Origin: the human T2T-CHM13v2.0 reference genome, Homo sapiens
NCBI RefSeq assembly: GCF_009914755.1
Contig: NC_060933.1
DNA: 64,000 nt
Strand: one strand, 5' to 3'
Position numbers and translations under genes: made by a program. Every line of letters starts with the position of its first letter. The first letter of the stretch is position 1. Positions 20,706 to 37,570 of the stretch are shown in pieces. Below the pieces are notes generated by a model. The model was not told the DNA's origin. It did no database searches and was given only the letters and a program-made list of their open reading frames with translations.

Positions 20706-21700
20706 GGCGTCCTTTCAAAAAAAGCCTGTCTGTGCTTCCTGCGAGAGATGAAATTGAAAGCTGGGGATGTTTCTACTGAGCATCCATGTGGTTGAGAACA
20801 GAGAAAAATTAAAATACTGGAACATAGGACCTAAAAACTAAATTTGAGAAAGAAGCCCATTGTCCACTCAAATCTCAAGGTCATATGATTTTAGGTGTCT
20901 CCTCCAAAATACGAGGCTACTTGGGTTCTCTCTGTTGACCTTAACATGACAACTCACTCCAACAACCTCAGGGACAAACAGCCTCCATCGGCACGCAGGA
21001 TACAGTAGAAGTGAAAGACATTCAGAGTCGTGGATCAAGCTGACCCTGGAGACCACACTGCCTCTTGCTTTCCAGTTGCATGAATGAATGAATTTTGTAA
21101 TCATTTAAGCCAGTTTTGGTTAGGCTTCTATTACTTGAAACAGAAAGCTTCCTGATTTATAAAAATGGTTGCTGTGAAGGTGAAATAAGAAAGTATGTAT
21201 AAAAGCAGCAGCACAGTGTCTCTGACATGGTGAGAATCTGACAGTGACTCTTGGGGTAACTCTTACTTTTGTCCTAGAAAAGATAAGGGGTATCTCTTAA
21301 ACAACTGATACTCCCAAGGTATCAAGATAACATCCACCAGAGATATTACAAACACAGGCAGGGAGACGATTCTCCAGCATTGTGTCTGTTTTAGAGCTCT
21401 CCAAGTGTATCCACAAACATTTACTAAGGTGTGCTGAGTATCTGCTTTGTACAAAGTCCAGTGCTTACAATGTGGTATGTGCGTTGTGTGTAAGGTAGTA
21501 TGTACAATGCAGAAGAAGTGATCATGTGAAAATGAAATCAGGGTGACATGCATTCAGATTCCAAATCTGCCACTTATTATCTGTATAATCCTGGACAAGT
21601 TACATAGCATCTCTGAGCTCAGTTTCCTCAGCTATAAATGGTGCATGATCCTTGTTCATAAGGTGGCAGTAAAGATTAAATTGGAGAATAACATATATTA

Positions 21701-21988
<288 letters not shown>

Positions 21989-22941
21989 CCCAGGACATTG
22001 TGGTATCTCTCCATGGTCCAGGGCCACCACTTTGCGCAATTCCAGGGATACAATTCACATTTGGGGGCACTATTTACATTTGGCATCCCGTACAGATGTG
22101 CAACAACTGCCAAGAGCACATTGAGCTCCTTAGACCAACAACCATACATTGGACATCTCTTCTATCTTCATAGGACCAGCCTTCCAGATATATAACTCTC
22201 CTCTTGCCTATCTGGATAATTCCCATTCATCTTTCAAGCCTCAGCTCAAAATCATCTCCTTTGTGGAATTTTCCTGATCCAGGGAAACTTAGCAGCTACC
22301 TTTACTGTGTAGCACTTACAGCTATCTCTTCTCAAGTACCAACCACATTATATTGTAATCATTTTCACAAATATCTGAATTCCCCATTGGATCAAAAGTC
22401 ATCGATAAGCTTTTTTGCATTTGCTCCAGTACTTTGCACACTTTTTTTTAATAATTAAAAAAAGTGAGTAGACACCATATTATTGTAGAGGCTGCAGGAT
22501 GTGCTGGAAAGAACACAAGCTTTTAAGGCAGACAGATTTGGATTATAATCCTGGCTCTACTGCTTTCTTGCTGTATACCCTTGGATAAATTAACTTACTG
22601 AGAATGTTTCCTCATTTGTACAAGAGAGATAAGAAATCTACATTGCAGAGCTGTTGTGAGGACTAGAACTAGTTTATGTAAATAACTAATATGGTACTTG
22701 GCCACAGAGTAGTCATTACTTACCTTCCCTTGGGCTGCTTTATACACAGCACTTAGCTGCCATGAACTGAACCCAGCTATGATGGTTACTTTACAATAGA
22801 AATTCAAACAGTGACTACTGGAATAGTTATAACAAGGTCTTTTATTACAATTACTATAAACCAAGGCTGGCAATTGCATGGCATGTGAATTACTACTTTC
22901 CTTTGCTAAGTCCATGGCAAACATTATTAATCTATCACTGA

Positions 22942-23277
<336 letters not shown>

Positions 23278-24007
23278 TAAATGGTGCAAGCAAGTCTGAT
23301 CCCAACAGGCCTTGCCTAACTCCCTACCTACTTCCCCCTCATCCCTCCCACTCCCATAGCTGGACATGTGGCCCCTACTCACAGTGCAGGTCCTGCTAGT
23401 TCACCGAGTCAAGGGTAGCCTTTCCTGTCCTTTTGGTCTGTGCCATCCAGCTGCAACTAACCTCCCATACAATGTCGTGCCATGTCAACGATTTACCAGT
23501 TAGTGAAATGTTTCAGTGAAAAGCTTATCAAATCAATTCAACCAACCTTGATGAAACTGACGTGCCTGGGAGAGGGCCAGATGAATAAAATGAAGTGTAG
23601 AGATACATAATTTTTTTTAAGTCTGCAACAAGACACCTCCTTCGCTTCCTAAGGTGGGAAGAAGGTTGGTGTGAAGGATGGGCATTGCAAGCGGGACTTT
23701 GCGACGAACAATTATGCACCGAAAGTCAGAATTCCCTCTCTAGAAAGTGGCTGACCTTGAGTGTCCATCACTGGTCGTTCCCCCTCTTCACAGGAATGGC
23801 TCAAGCTTTACCTGGATAGTTGAAGTTTAAGCCTTAGGGCTCAGGATTTGGAATTCTTAGCCCATTGCTTCCTTAGCTCTATTCCCTACGATATACTCAC
23901 ACTAAGGCTGAGGCCAACCAGTGGAATAAACAACCAGCCTTCTGCTGCAAACCTGAGCAAGACTGAAAAACAGGAGATGGTTGATGCATTTCAAATTGCC
24001 CAGACTA

Positions 24008-24506
<499 letters not shown>

Positions 24507-24842
24507 TAATTTTTCTTTATGTGTAAAGAAACCATCTTTATTTGTAGATTAAGTCCTGCTGGTTTTGAATTCTAAGTGCTACATATTTGTACACTCTGCA
24601 CCACACTGATGTCACTTCTGCCTCTAACTAGTCTTTAAGCTCATCCTCTTGCTCCACTCCAGTCAACATGGAAGCCAGCATGATCCTTCTAAAACACAAG
24701 CTAGTCTCTCCCTAAGCCTCCTTATCCCCTGTGAGAAGGTGTCAAAGTTCTTTACTATGATTTGCAAGGTCCTCTGTGAACAGGACCCTGCTCACTCTGC
24801 CTCACCTCTCCCCATCCTCACTTCATCCTTTATCCTCTGGCC

Positions 24843-25640
<798 letters not shown>

Positions 25641-25769
25641 CTTGTCAGATGACAATGGTTCCAGAATACATCCTGCTGGTCTTTCGTCTGAGGCTGTTGG
25701 GTTGTTCTCCCCTTTCTTGGTGATGCCCCTGTACACCCTTTGCCTAACATATTTCTACCCCTTTGTTTT

Positions 25770-26132
25770 AATCAATTTAGGCTTCTCCCACAAATTACCA
25801 CAGACGGACTGGTTTCAGCAACAAAAATTTCTTTCTCATGGTTCTGGAGGCTGGGAAGCCTGAGAACAGGCGCCAGCATTGTTGGGTTCTGGTGAGGGCC
25901 CTCTTCCTGGTTCAAAGATGGCCAGTTTCTCATTGTGTACTCACATGGTGGAGAGTGGAGAAAAGAAGCAAATTCTCTCCTGTCTCTTCTTATATGGACA
26001 CTAATGCTATTCATGAGGGCTCTACCCTCACGGCCCAATTACCTACCAAAGGCTCCATCTCCAAATACCACCACATTGGGGATTAGGGTTTCAACATATG
26101 AATTTGGGAGGAACAAATGTTCAGTCCACAGC
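25770..26132 (-). mobile_element. MaLR LTR (MLT1A-like)
   Basis: ctcatggttctggaggctgggaag...ggggattagggtttcaacatatgaatttggg. Confidence 0.8.
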
Positions 26133-26411
26133 ACCCCTTCCTTAAGGTTCACTTCAGTATCACCACCTGCTTTCCTAGTTGCCCCAGGCTGGGTGAGGAC
26201 CTCCACTCAGGTTTAGCATCAGACCTGAGCTTTTCCTTACCACTGAATTCACCACAAGGTACTGTCATGGTGTGTGTTTGACTCTCCAAACAGGCCCCCA
26301 GGGTGAGCCCCAGGGTGGGGGCAGAAATCAAGAACTGTTCTTCCTAGAGTCCTCTCTGTGTAATGTCTAGCACAAGGACGAGCACATAAGAGTCTTCGAT
26401 AAATATTTATT

Positions 26412-26610
26412 GTCTGGGTGTAGTGGCTTACACCTGTAATCCCAGCAATTTGGGAGGCTGAGGTGGGAGGATCGCTTGAGCCCAGGAGGTTGAGGCTACA
26501 GTAAGCTCTGATCGTGCCACTGCGCTCTGGCCTGGGTGACAAAGACCCTAAAAAAATAATAAATAAATAAATAAATAAATAAATATTGATTGATTGAATG
26601 AATGAATGAA
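26412..26610 (+). mobile_element. Alu monomer with (AAAT)n tail inserted in an L2 end carrying (GAAT)n
   Basis: Monomeric Alu consensus; microsatellite tail. Confidence 0.8.
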
Positions 26611-27376
26611 TGGTTAAAGCTTCTTAACCTCCTGGACGCAGGTGGCTCTCATGTCCATTGCAGTTCCTCTGTCTCTTCTTATAGCTTATCATCTGATCCT
26701 TGTACCTGCGACTGAGCCCTAAGAAATCTCCAAGTCAAACATTAGCCAGGATCAGATTTGATAGCTGGGCTGTCCACTCAGGATACTGCAAAATAAATAC
26801 TACACGGAACAAGCAGAATACTAAACAAAGGACAAAATATTTGAATTTTTTTTTTTTTTTGGTGAAAATTAGAGCTTTGAATGCAGAATGTGGTAATGCC
26901 TGATTCTTTTTTAACATGCCATTCCTTGATCTTCTCAAGCTAGCCCCTGTAGTACTGGCAGCTCAACGACCTCCCTGGTGATTCATTATGCTCTACAACT
27001 AAACTCTAATTATTCTCAAAATATTATATGGTTTAGTTGCCAATAATGCTGATTATTGAAATTCTTAGAGCTAGCCATGTGCAATTAACCAACTGATACA
27101 CTTGAAATGGGATTATAGGCCTCCATTCACTACCTAATAAAGTATTAAACCAAAGCTATAAATGTAAGATTATTTTACAGATTGTTTCTCTACGGGAATT
27201 TTTACCTGATGACAGCAAAATGATTTTCCTCTTTGTCAGACAAGACAGGCTATCGTCTTCTCCAAGGTCTATAGATTCAGGGAGAAATGAGAGTGACTTT
27301 ACTGATGAAAGATTTAAAACCAGAAACAGAAAAGAAAAATGCACCAGAGCAAAGCAATAAGGAATTATAAACTAAC

Positions 27377-27382
27377 TTTAAT
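27377..27382 (-). terminator. Distal poly(A) signal ATTAAA of FRRS1L, cleavage near 27360
   Basis: tttaat on plus strand; beyond the likely cleavage site the minus strand reads TTATTGCTTTGCTCTGGTGCATTTTCTTTTCTGTTTCTGG, a typical GU/U-rich downstream element. Confidence 0.65.
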
Positions 27383-28604
27383 TACATCAACAGGAAGAAT
27401 TTCAAACTATGTTGTAATTCTTATTTTAAAGTTTAAATCTAATTAATATATTCTGACTAACATAATCATCCAAAGATAAAAGTATTTGTGATGGCAAATG
27501 GACAGAACAATCATTTAGGTAGCATCTAGGAATATTGCTACAATTACTTTACATAAATAGAAATCCACGTCTTTATTAGTAATGTGCCACACATCTTAGA
27601 GTAAAAATTTACATAAGATAGGCTTATAAATATACATAAATCTCAAAATTAATCACAAACATTAGGTACACAATTGTTATAAAACAAATATAACCTATCA
27701 ATGTCTATGTAAAGGCATAGTTTTTACAAAATAGTATTTTGTAGACAGTCTCAAAAAAGTATATTAATACTCCTGGAGCCAGATTGTTCCAGCATATCAG
27801 CATGTCTGTGGAAATAAGGCATCCGGAGAAGCTGCATTCACTCTTCCCCATGGCCAGGGCCTTCTATGTGATGAAACAGGTAGGATTCTAGTGACCTGGG
27901 TGAATGCTACACCCACTGCAGCACCCCATTACCTTAGAGAATCAATTACTCTCCAGAAGAATCCAACCAAATGGCTATCAGCCTAATAGCAAATATCCAG
28001 GGGAAAACTGAACACATTAATCAAGCAGCAGTGTGTTTTATGTTAAAAATCCCAAATAGCTTGATGAATCCATTACATTTTGAGTTGCCAGACATACTTA
28101 AAATCACACTAGCCTAGCCACTATTTTCATGAAGAGGAACTTATATGCAAGTCTTTTATTAAATATAAAAACAAAGAAATCTACCTTGAAACTAAATAAC
28201 TGGATACTTGAATAACTGAATAAGGAACCTAATTAAATACAAAACCTGTATAGGTTGCATCAACATGCCAGTTACTCAGCTAACACTAGTCTTGGTTTCT
28301 TAACTAACAGTATAGAAAAGTCACATTCAACAGTGGTACTTTATATGTTCTTAACAATTCATATAATGTTGAATGGAGGAGGAAAGGCTTAGTAAAACAT
28401 CCAGGAATCCTTTCTACAAACTACATTGCTATAAACTCAAGCATAGTTTTGCCTGTAATATGCATAATGTTCTACCTCTTGGGTTTTAAAGTAGGCAAGA
28501 GATCAGAAACAGAAACAACCTTGACAAAGACCTTCAAATGCTCATGGTGTGTATATTCAGGCCTTTGTGTATAAACACACACCATCATGTATGTACAAAT
28601 ATAC

Positions 28605-28800
28605 ACATGCTCCTCAAGTTACAAGAGGGTTATGTCTCAGTAAACCCATCAATTGTAAGTTGAAAATATCATAAGTCAAAACAATTATGGGACATAACCC
28701 CATTGTAAGTTGTAGGAATGTATCAAATGTATATCACTTTCATATCATCGTAAGTTTGAAAACTCTTAAGTTGAACCATCCAAATTCGGGGATCGTCTGT
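28605..28800. mobile_element. TcMar-Tigger DNA transposon remnant (MER47/Tigger5-like) in the FRRS1L 3'UTR
   Basis: catgctcctcaagttacaagagggttatgtc...aaacccatc...gtaagttgaaaatatc...ggggatcgtctg. Confidence 0.6.
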
Positions 28801-29017
28801 GTATATAAACACACGGAGAACCACCTAACTGTTCACTAAACATAACCAATTCCGTTTAGAGAACAAGGACATACAATTATACACGGCAGCAAAGTATACA
28901 CATCCCAGCCTTTGGCCTAGTGCAGTGGTTCTCAAACATTTTTCCATTATGGTACATAAGGTAGATGCCACATCACATGTGTAAAACACTCCCATGGTGC
29001 AGCAGATTTTGATACAA

Positions 29018-29339
29018 CTTTTATTTTATTTTATTTTATTTTATTTATTTATTTTTTAGACGGAGTCTTGCTCTGTTACCCAGGCTGGAGTGCAGAGGGG
29101 CAATCTCGGCTCATTGAAAGCTCCACCTCCCGGGTTCACGCCATTCTCTTGCCTCAGCCTCCTGAGTAGCTGGGACTACAGGCTCCCGCCACCACGCCCA
29201 GCTAATTTTTTTTGTATTTTTAGTAGAGATGGGGTTTCACCGTGTCAGCCAGGATGGTCTCGATCTCCTGATCTCGTGATCCGCCCACCTCGGCCTCCCG
29301 AAGTGCTGGGATTACAGGCTTGAGCCACCGCGCCCGGCC
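29018..29339 (-). mobile_element. AluY-like element in the FRRS1L 3'UTR
   Basis: gttcacgccattctc and gccaggatggtctcgatctc diagnostics; TSD gatacaactttt. Confidence 0.95.
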
Positions 29340-29704
29340 GATACAACTTTTTAAAACATCTCTAGGTTAATGAATTACTCTGAAACACTGAAATCCTTAC
29401 CATGAAGAGCAGTTCAGCGCAATGGTTGTCCATGATCACCACAGTTACTTAAGACAAAACTGCTGCTTAGCCGGCTCTGTACTTTACTGCCACCACTTTT
29501 GCATCAATTCCAGAAAATATATTAGAATGCAAGAGCATGAGATGCCCTGTGCCATTTATTTATAAAAATAAATCAACAATAATTTATTTTAAAAGCAAAT
29601 TATTCACTAACTTTGATATTCTTACAACTAACCAGTAATAATACGTTACTGGCAGTATCCTTTACAACTAATCATGATATATTGGTGTGTCCCTATCTAA
29701 GAAC

Positions 29705-29998
29705 AAGGGTGGGAAAGCCACAGTCCATAAGCAAACCCCGCCTGCTTCCTGTTTTTGTGCAGCCTGCAAGCTAAGAATGGTCTTTGGATTTTTTTAATGG
29801 CTTTCTGAAAAAAATCAAAAGGAAAACATTTGTGACATTTGAAAAGTACATGAAATTCAAAGTTCAGTGTCAATTAAGTTTTATTGGAACATAGCCATGC
29901 TCATTCATTTATGTATTGTTTATAGCAGAGCCAAACAGAGACTGAAAAGCCAAAAAACTACTATCTGACCCTTAACAGAGAAAGTTTGCTGACCCCTG
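29705..29998 (+). mobile_element. MER58B-like hAT element
   Basis: gttttattggaacatagccatgctcattcattt...gaaagtttgctgacccctg. Confidence 0.75.
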
Positions 29999-32510
29999 GA
30001 GTAGAGATAAGAATGACACACAACCTCAGTGGTCACGTCTCTTATGCACAAAATCCTGAATATAGACAGTAAACTTAATTCCAGAAATAGTAGTAAATAC
30101 CATCTAGGATGGAAATCCATTCCTGAGTTGTCCAAACTTTCTGATTTCTTTAATGACAAAAGCCAACTTAATTAAATACAGCTTCTGCATTCTATCTGAA
30201 ATCATGTTTATATATTCACCTTTTGACTCAGCGGAGCAATAAAAAAAGCACTGGGCTCCAAGTTAGAAGACCTAGGTTTTAGGCAATTTCTTTTAAATTG
30301 TTACATTGTTAAAAATGTATTTAAGTCTTGTTTGATCTGTGTATTAAACCTATTAAAAGAACTAAAATGACTGGTAAAATAAAGAATCAAAATGCTTTTA
30401 AGCAGAAAAGAAAGTTGATATAGAGTAAAACATGCTCCTTTCCTCTAAATATAACTATAAAAAGTCCTCCAATTAATTGTAAATTACTAAATGGGGGAAA
30501 AAAGGCACCTAGCTAATTGGAGTATGGATAGTGGGTTCCATTTAATAAAAGTTTTAATGGATGTGCACGAAGGTGCATGAATGTGTAGGAAATCATATCA
30601 CCTCCTTAGGCTTCAGCTGCACCTCTGTAAAATAAGAGCATTGGATTAAATGGTCTCTAAAGTCCTGGCCAGCACTGGTAATTTATGTCAAGTGACCAGC
30701 CTCAGTTTTTTCATCTGTAAAATTGGATAAATAATAGAATCTACTTCCTATGGTTGCGGTGAGGATTAAATGAGTTAATTCATGTAAAGTGCTTAGAACA
30801 GCACTAAATATATTTCACTAGCATTATTATTAATCTATTCAGGTACTTTACGAAAAACACTGGTTGGGCATCTCCTCTGTGACAAGTAGTATATTAGAAA
30901 ATGGGAATACAGACATAAAATAGAAGTTGATTCTCTTATATTTAAGTAGGGATGAATGAAACTGAAGTTTTTGGAATTATCACTTCAGCATGTCTATCGA
31001 CTGCTAGTTCTCTGAGATAATGGTCAAAGGCCATTCTGTATCACTGGTGTGAATTCTTATTTCTGAAAAATGATTACTGTTAGTACTGTTACTAAGGATG
31101 TTTCTATTTATGTTTCAAAAGACAAAGTTCAGTGTTTGCTAACATAATTATTTATGGTTTGAGCATAGGAGGAAGAATATAAAAATGTTGGCCAGTCTCC
31201 CAATATACATGAAATGCAAGCCTTCTGAACCAAACAAACTTGCCATAGAAGTATAGTTTCACATATAGATTCATTCCACAAATGTTTGCTGAGTACCTGA
31301 TATGGATAAATATCTGCTACAATGATGAGTAATGGTCTCTGCATTAGGGAGATAACAAGGAGGACAAGCCAGCAATTCTAGAAAAGTATAACGAGCATGT
31401 TGATGAGGAAGCCCAATGTGCTATGGGAGCATTTGATGGGGGCCTGGACCTATGTAGTCCAGAGATTTGGAGGAAAAAATATTTAAGTTGTGACCTGATA
31501 GGTGAATAGGAGTTCATCAAGCACAAGAGGTGGAGAATATGAACAAAATGAGAGGTGAGATAGAGCAGGTCTGAAGAACTGAGAGCCTCTCAGTCTTGCT
31601 AAGACATAGCAAGTGAGGAGGAGTGGCAAAAGATGATATTGCAGGTCACAGAAATGGCTTGCATTTTACCTTAATGGCACTGAGAAGTCATTGAAAGTTC
31701 TAAGCATAAATAAGCAAAATCGGTAATCAAATGAGAAATCACTAGTGAAATAATTAGCTTGATTAGAAATGTAAGCGGAAGGAAGCTGCATTCACTTCTT
31801 CCTTCCCTGCCTGCTACTAAGCTGAAGTCTCTCTTTTGTTTTAACCTGTTTGTAGCTCAAATATTATACACATAAGAGAGAGAAATATAAAAATATTTGC
31901 TTCTTATTTACAACATGGCTGCCTGCATATCAGTATCTTCACTACTAAACAGCCACTAGAGCTGAGAAGATGAGACACAGGCCAGACTTAGCCATGCCCA
32001 GAGTGGAGTCAAGGACTTGAACCAGGGGACTTGAGTTTGAATCCTACCCAGTTCCATTATGCACTTGATGTCATTTAATTTCTCCCCATCTGCAATGAAC
32101 AGAATTTCTCCTCCATCCCTCCTTGGAAGCTTTTGGTAACTGTGTTTGTTGATGTTTTCCTTATTTTGGTTCAACTCCAGGAGAATGTGAAAGCTCTCCC
32201 CACAGGCAGACTTTCACCTGTGACATGAATCTGGAGGGTGGTATTAGAAATCACAATCACCAGTGTTGCTCAATCATAAAGCCCACGAAGTTGGAACCAG
32301 CTTTAAAGCAACAAGGGCAAGCCAGAGAACTCTAGAATGCCAGAGTGGAAATGTCTCAGCAGCACTAACTATACCTGCAGACTTCTCTCCTCAAAATGGG
32401 CAGTTAGCACAGACATTTGGAACAAAGAACAAAGGAGTCCTTTGGGGCGCCTAATGTCAAGGCATTACTATGAATTATGCTGACTACCTGTCTAGTTTAT
32501 AAGTCTGAAC

Positions 32511-32815
32511 ATTTTATTTTACTTATTTTTTTGAGACAGGGTCTCCCTCTGTCACCCAGGCTGGAGTGCAAGTGGCACAATTTTGGCTCACTGCAAGCTC
32601 TGCCTCCAAGGTTCAAGTGATTCTCGTGCCTCAGCCTCCCAAGTGGCTGGGATTACAGGCATGTGCCACCACACCCGGCTAATTTTTGTATTTTTAGTGG
32701 AGACAAGGTTTTGCCATGTTGGCCAGACTGGTCTCGAACTCCTGACCTCAGGTGATCCGCCTGCCTTGGCCTCCCAAAGTGCTGGGATTACAGGTGTGAG
32801 CCACCGCGCTCAGCC
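32511..32815 (-). mobile_element. Alu in FRRS1L 3'UTR (sense in the mRNA)
   Basis: Full Alu; TSD aagtctgaacattt. Confidence 0.95.
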
Positions 32816-33012
32816 ACAAGTCTGAACATTTAAATGGATATTCTAGGTGAATTCACTTTATGGGTCATTTTCCCATTTTCAATTATTTTTTAAAAAGCCA
32901 CCTCATAAAAAAAATTCTACTCAAAATCTCTACAGTCTCAAAAACTGTTGGCTTATTATTAAAATGCCCTAAATTTTTACTAAGATGTTTTGTCTGATAT
33001 AACACATTTTTA

Positions 33013-33313
33013 GGCCAGGCACGGTGGCTCACACCTGTAATCCTAGCACTCTGGGAGGCCAAAGCAGGTGGATCACCTGAGGTCAGGAGTTCGAGACCAG
33101 CCTGACTAAAATGGTGAAACTCCATCTCTACTAAAAATACAAAAAAATTAGCCAGGCATAGTGGCACATGCCTGTAATCCCATCTACTCAGGAGGCTGAG
33201 GCAGGAGAATCACTTGAACCTGGGAGGCGGAGGTTGCAGTGAAGCTGAGATCACACCATTGTACTCCAGCCTGGGCGACAAGAGGGAAAATTCATCGCAA
33301 AAAAAAAAAAAAA
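33013..33313 (+). mobile_element. Alu in FRRS1L 3'UTR (antisense in the mRNA)
   Basis: Full Alu; TSD aa(c/t)acattttta. Confidence 0.95.
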
Positions 33314-33589
33314 TACATTTTTAATCACACTTAAGGTATGCTGGCTCTGACAAGAGAATTCACTGTAACCACAGATGAATACCTTAGTTTTATAAAATTC
33401 AGTGGTAGAAAAGTTCAAATTCTAACTGCTAAGAATTCCCTTTTTTTTTTTTTTTAATATCATTAACACAACTTTACATCTTCAGGAATGCTCACAGTTT
33501 GGTCTCCAACCTTTGCAAATAGCAGTAAAAATGTTTTCCCATAGCTGCTCTCTAACTGAGAAGAAATTTCAAATAAATATTATTTATTT

Positions 33590-33887
<298 letters not shown>

Positions 33888-34519
33888 AAAATTTCAAATA
33901 AATATGAACTATTTTCATATCATTGTATTTTCCTCCAATCTCCCCATTGGCTGTGTAAATATCCAAAAGCACTTCTGCTTTACGGAAATTTGAAATTTCT
34001 TCTGCCCAAAAGGCTGACTGTGAACTTATGACATTCAGTAAAGTTCTCCCTAGTAATATTCAAAATAACTCTCTGTGCTATAGCACTCATAGTAAAGACT
34101 GTTTTGAGACATGATTTCTATACTTAGTTCCTTCTCTGCCTTTCTATTTGTCATTTCTAGCCAAAGTTATATGGTATGTGGATCATAAAAAGGCAGTCTT
34201 TTTGGGTCTCAAATCCCATTCAGGAAGATGGCAATCACAATTTTCATCAATCCAACTCAGAGATGTTGTGAAGTTAAATAAGAAAACATATGTGAAAGTG
34301 CTTAGAAAAGGTGTAAGTATGTTCCAAAAGTATAGGGTCATTATTAAACAATCTTCTTTGACTACAAAAGAAGCTTGTTCTTTCTTCCAAAAAGCTGAAA
34401 TTATATGAGGTTTTTTTTCTTAAATAATTGAAGCTAAAATTATACTGGATATTCTTTAAAAAATATATTTATACTAAAGACTTCCCAATCCATGTAATCT
34501 GTTGGCCCTGCAGCTGTGG

Positions 34520-34692
34520 TTAGGGGGTTCCCATCAATAGGTAGAAGGTCAGAGCAACAATCAGAAGCAAACAAAATGGAGATGAGAAGGTTTGATAGGC
34601 AGCTGATGGCATAAAAATGTCTTCATACTTGTAAATACTGACAACACGCTCTGAAGCCGGCGGTGAGTCTATATCATGTCGAGTGATAGAGC
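34520..34692 (-). CDS. FRRS1L: FRRS1L exon 5 coding part ([12 protein letters not shown]...[18 protein letters not shown]), C-terminal hydrophobic anchor
   Basis: Acceptor ttttttcttaaAG|GC, TAA at 34522-34520; 173 nt completes the frame. Confidence 0.96.
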
Positions 34693-35642
34693 CTTTAAGA
34701 AAAAAAGAGAAGAGCAGGGGCAATTGAAAAAAGAACAGATTTATAATGGTATAGGCAAACAATGGAAAAATCAAAAGTCTATTTAGTGTTGAATACGTAA
34801 GCAGTGGTTACAAAGATCTGGATTCAGGTATTTGAGTTATCAGAATTCTCTATCATTGTACATATAATAAAGAACATAGAAATTAGTTAAATTTATCCAA
34901 AAAGACTAGTTCTTATTAATCTGCACTCCCCCATCAGAACAATGCTGTTGATCTGTTTCCTGCCATCTCAATTTTAAAACTACTAGTTACATAATTTTGT
35001 GTGATTATTGTATGATTGCCTCCTAAAACGGCTCTAATGAGTTTTGTCTTATTAATACCCAAATGGGCAAACTATATTTTTATTTCAAACAGCAGAGACT
35101 ACTAACTTTTTCCCTCAAATCTATCTTGTATATATATGGATCATCAACAACTCCTGACAACACTACTAACGTCTCCCTTACAGATGGAAGCCCTCCTCTA
35201 CTGTCTGTGGGACACTTAGTAGCCTGCCCAGGCCATGCCAGAGGGAGTGTGGTATACTGGATGTGTGTCTGTGTGTGTCTGTGTGTCTGGCAGATTAGGG
35301 TAGAATGGTATAGAAAGTGGGATGATTAAAGTACCAAACTAGTCTTTGGATGGGAAACTTTCTTTTAATTTTGTTACAAGTGGAAAGAAGTACAGACTGT
35401 GTGTAAAATATATTTAATAATCTTCAGTTGATTAAAAGTGTCTGACCTCCTGAATAATCCATTTGAAACTTGGGTTAGGGAGACTAAGGCATATACATTC
35501 AGTGCAAAGGTCTCCTTAGGAATAGGGCTCAGAGTGAGGGTTTTTAAGGTCCTATCTGCTAGGGAAGCCCTGCCAAACTTGACATGTCAGGTCCCTGCTT
35601 AGTGTCCGTGCTGGCCCCAGTTAGCAAAAATCAAACTTCTCA

Positions 35643-35843
<201 letters not shown>

Positions 35844-35984
35844 TTAACTATGCGCCTACAGTTCATGCCTTCTTTGAGTGAAATCCAACCTCATACCCCT
35901 TTCAAGCCTTAGTTCAAAGTTTTCCCCCTTACAGGGACCTTAGGAGAATAGGTAGGATATAATCAATTAAAAGGGCATTCAGGA

Positions 35985-36362
<378 letters not shown>

Positions 36363-37192
36363 TTAGAGTTAGTGAGAAGAACAGAAGTTTTGAGAGAGCT
36401 TATCAGGTAAAGCAGGACCAGATTTGGAGAAGGCTTTGAACTTTAGGCTAGTCTGCCATATATGTAAAAAGATGACCTTCTGAAAATACAGCTTTTTCCA
36501 ATTGGTAAAGCAATTTCAAATACTTGTTTTCACTTAATCCTTACAATATTTCCATGGAATAGGAAGTATTATTATCCCCACTTTAGATATAAGGAAATGA
36601 AATTCAGAAATTAAATAATAGGCTAAATATTATACAGCTACCAAGGGGCAGAACCAATACTCAAACTCAAATTTTTAGACTTCAAATCCCACTATTTTAG
36701 ATTACTCCATTTCTCCAGGCTGAGATATAATTTATTTCCCAGGGTACCGAAAGTAATTGAAGTTATAACTGCAGAGCCACTGTTGGTAATCTGGGAAATT
36801 AGCAAATGGAAAAGGTGTCACCAATCTGGAGACAGTCAAGTGTCTTCCCAATTGGCAACAGGCAAAATAAAAGGTAGATTATGTCATCTCTGGGCTGATT
36901 GGTGGAAACGAATTGAAGGAAAAAAACAACCAGATCAGATTAGGCAGCAAATAGTTGATGAGCACACAGTAAAGAAAGATGCAATTACCAGGAGCCAGAA
37001 TGAATTCTCAGTGCAAGGACTGCAAACCACACTCACTTCCATTCTTGAGCAGGCCCTTAGGCTAATCAACCAGAAGGAATGCTCAAGACTCAGTGTAACT
37101 TGATTTTAGCAGTCTCTAAAAGGTCTCATGATATCCTTGGGTCTTTGCTGGGCAAATGCTACAGAGACTTGCCACCCAAAATGAGGTCATCA

Positions 37193-37570
<378 letters not shown>

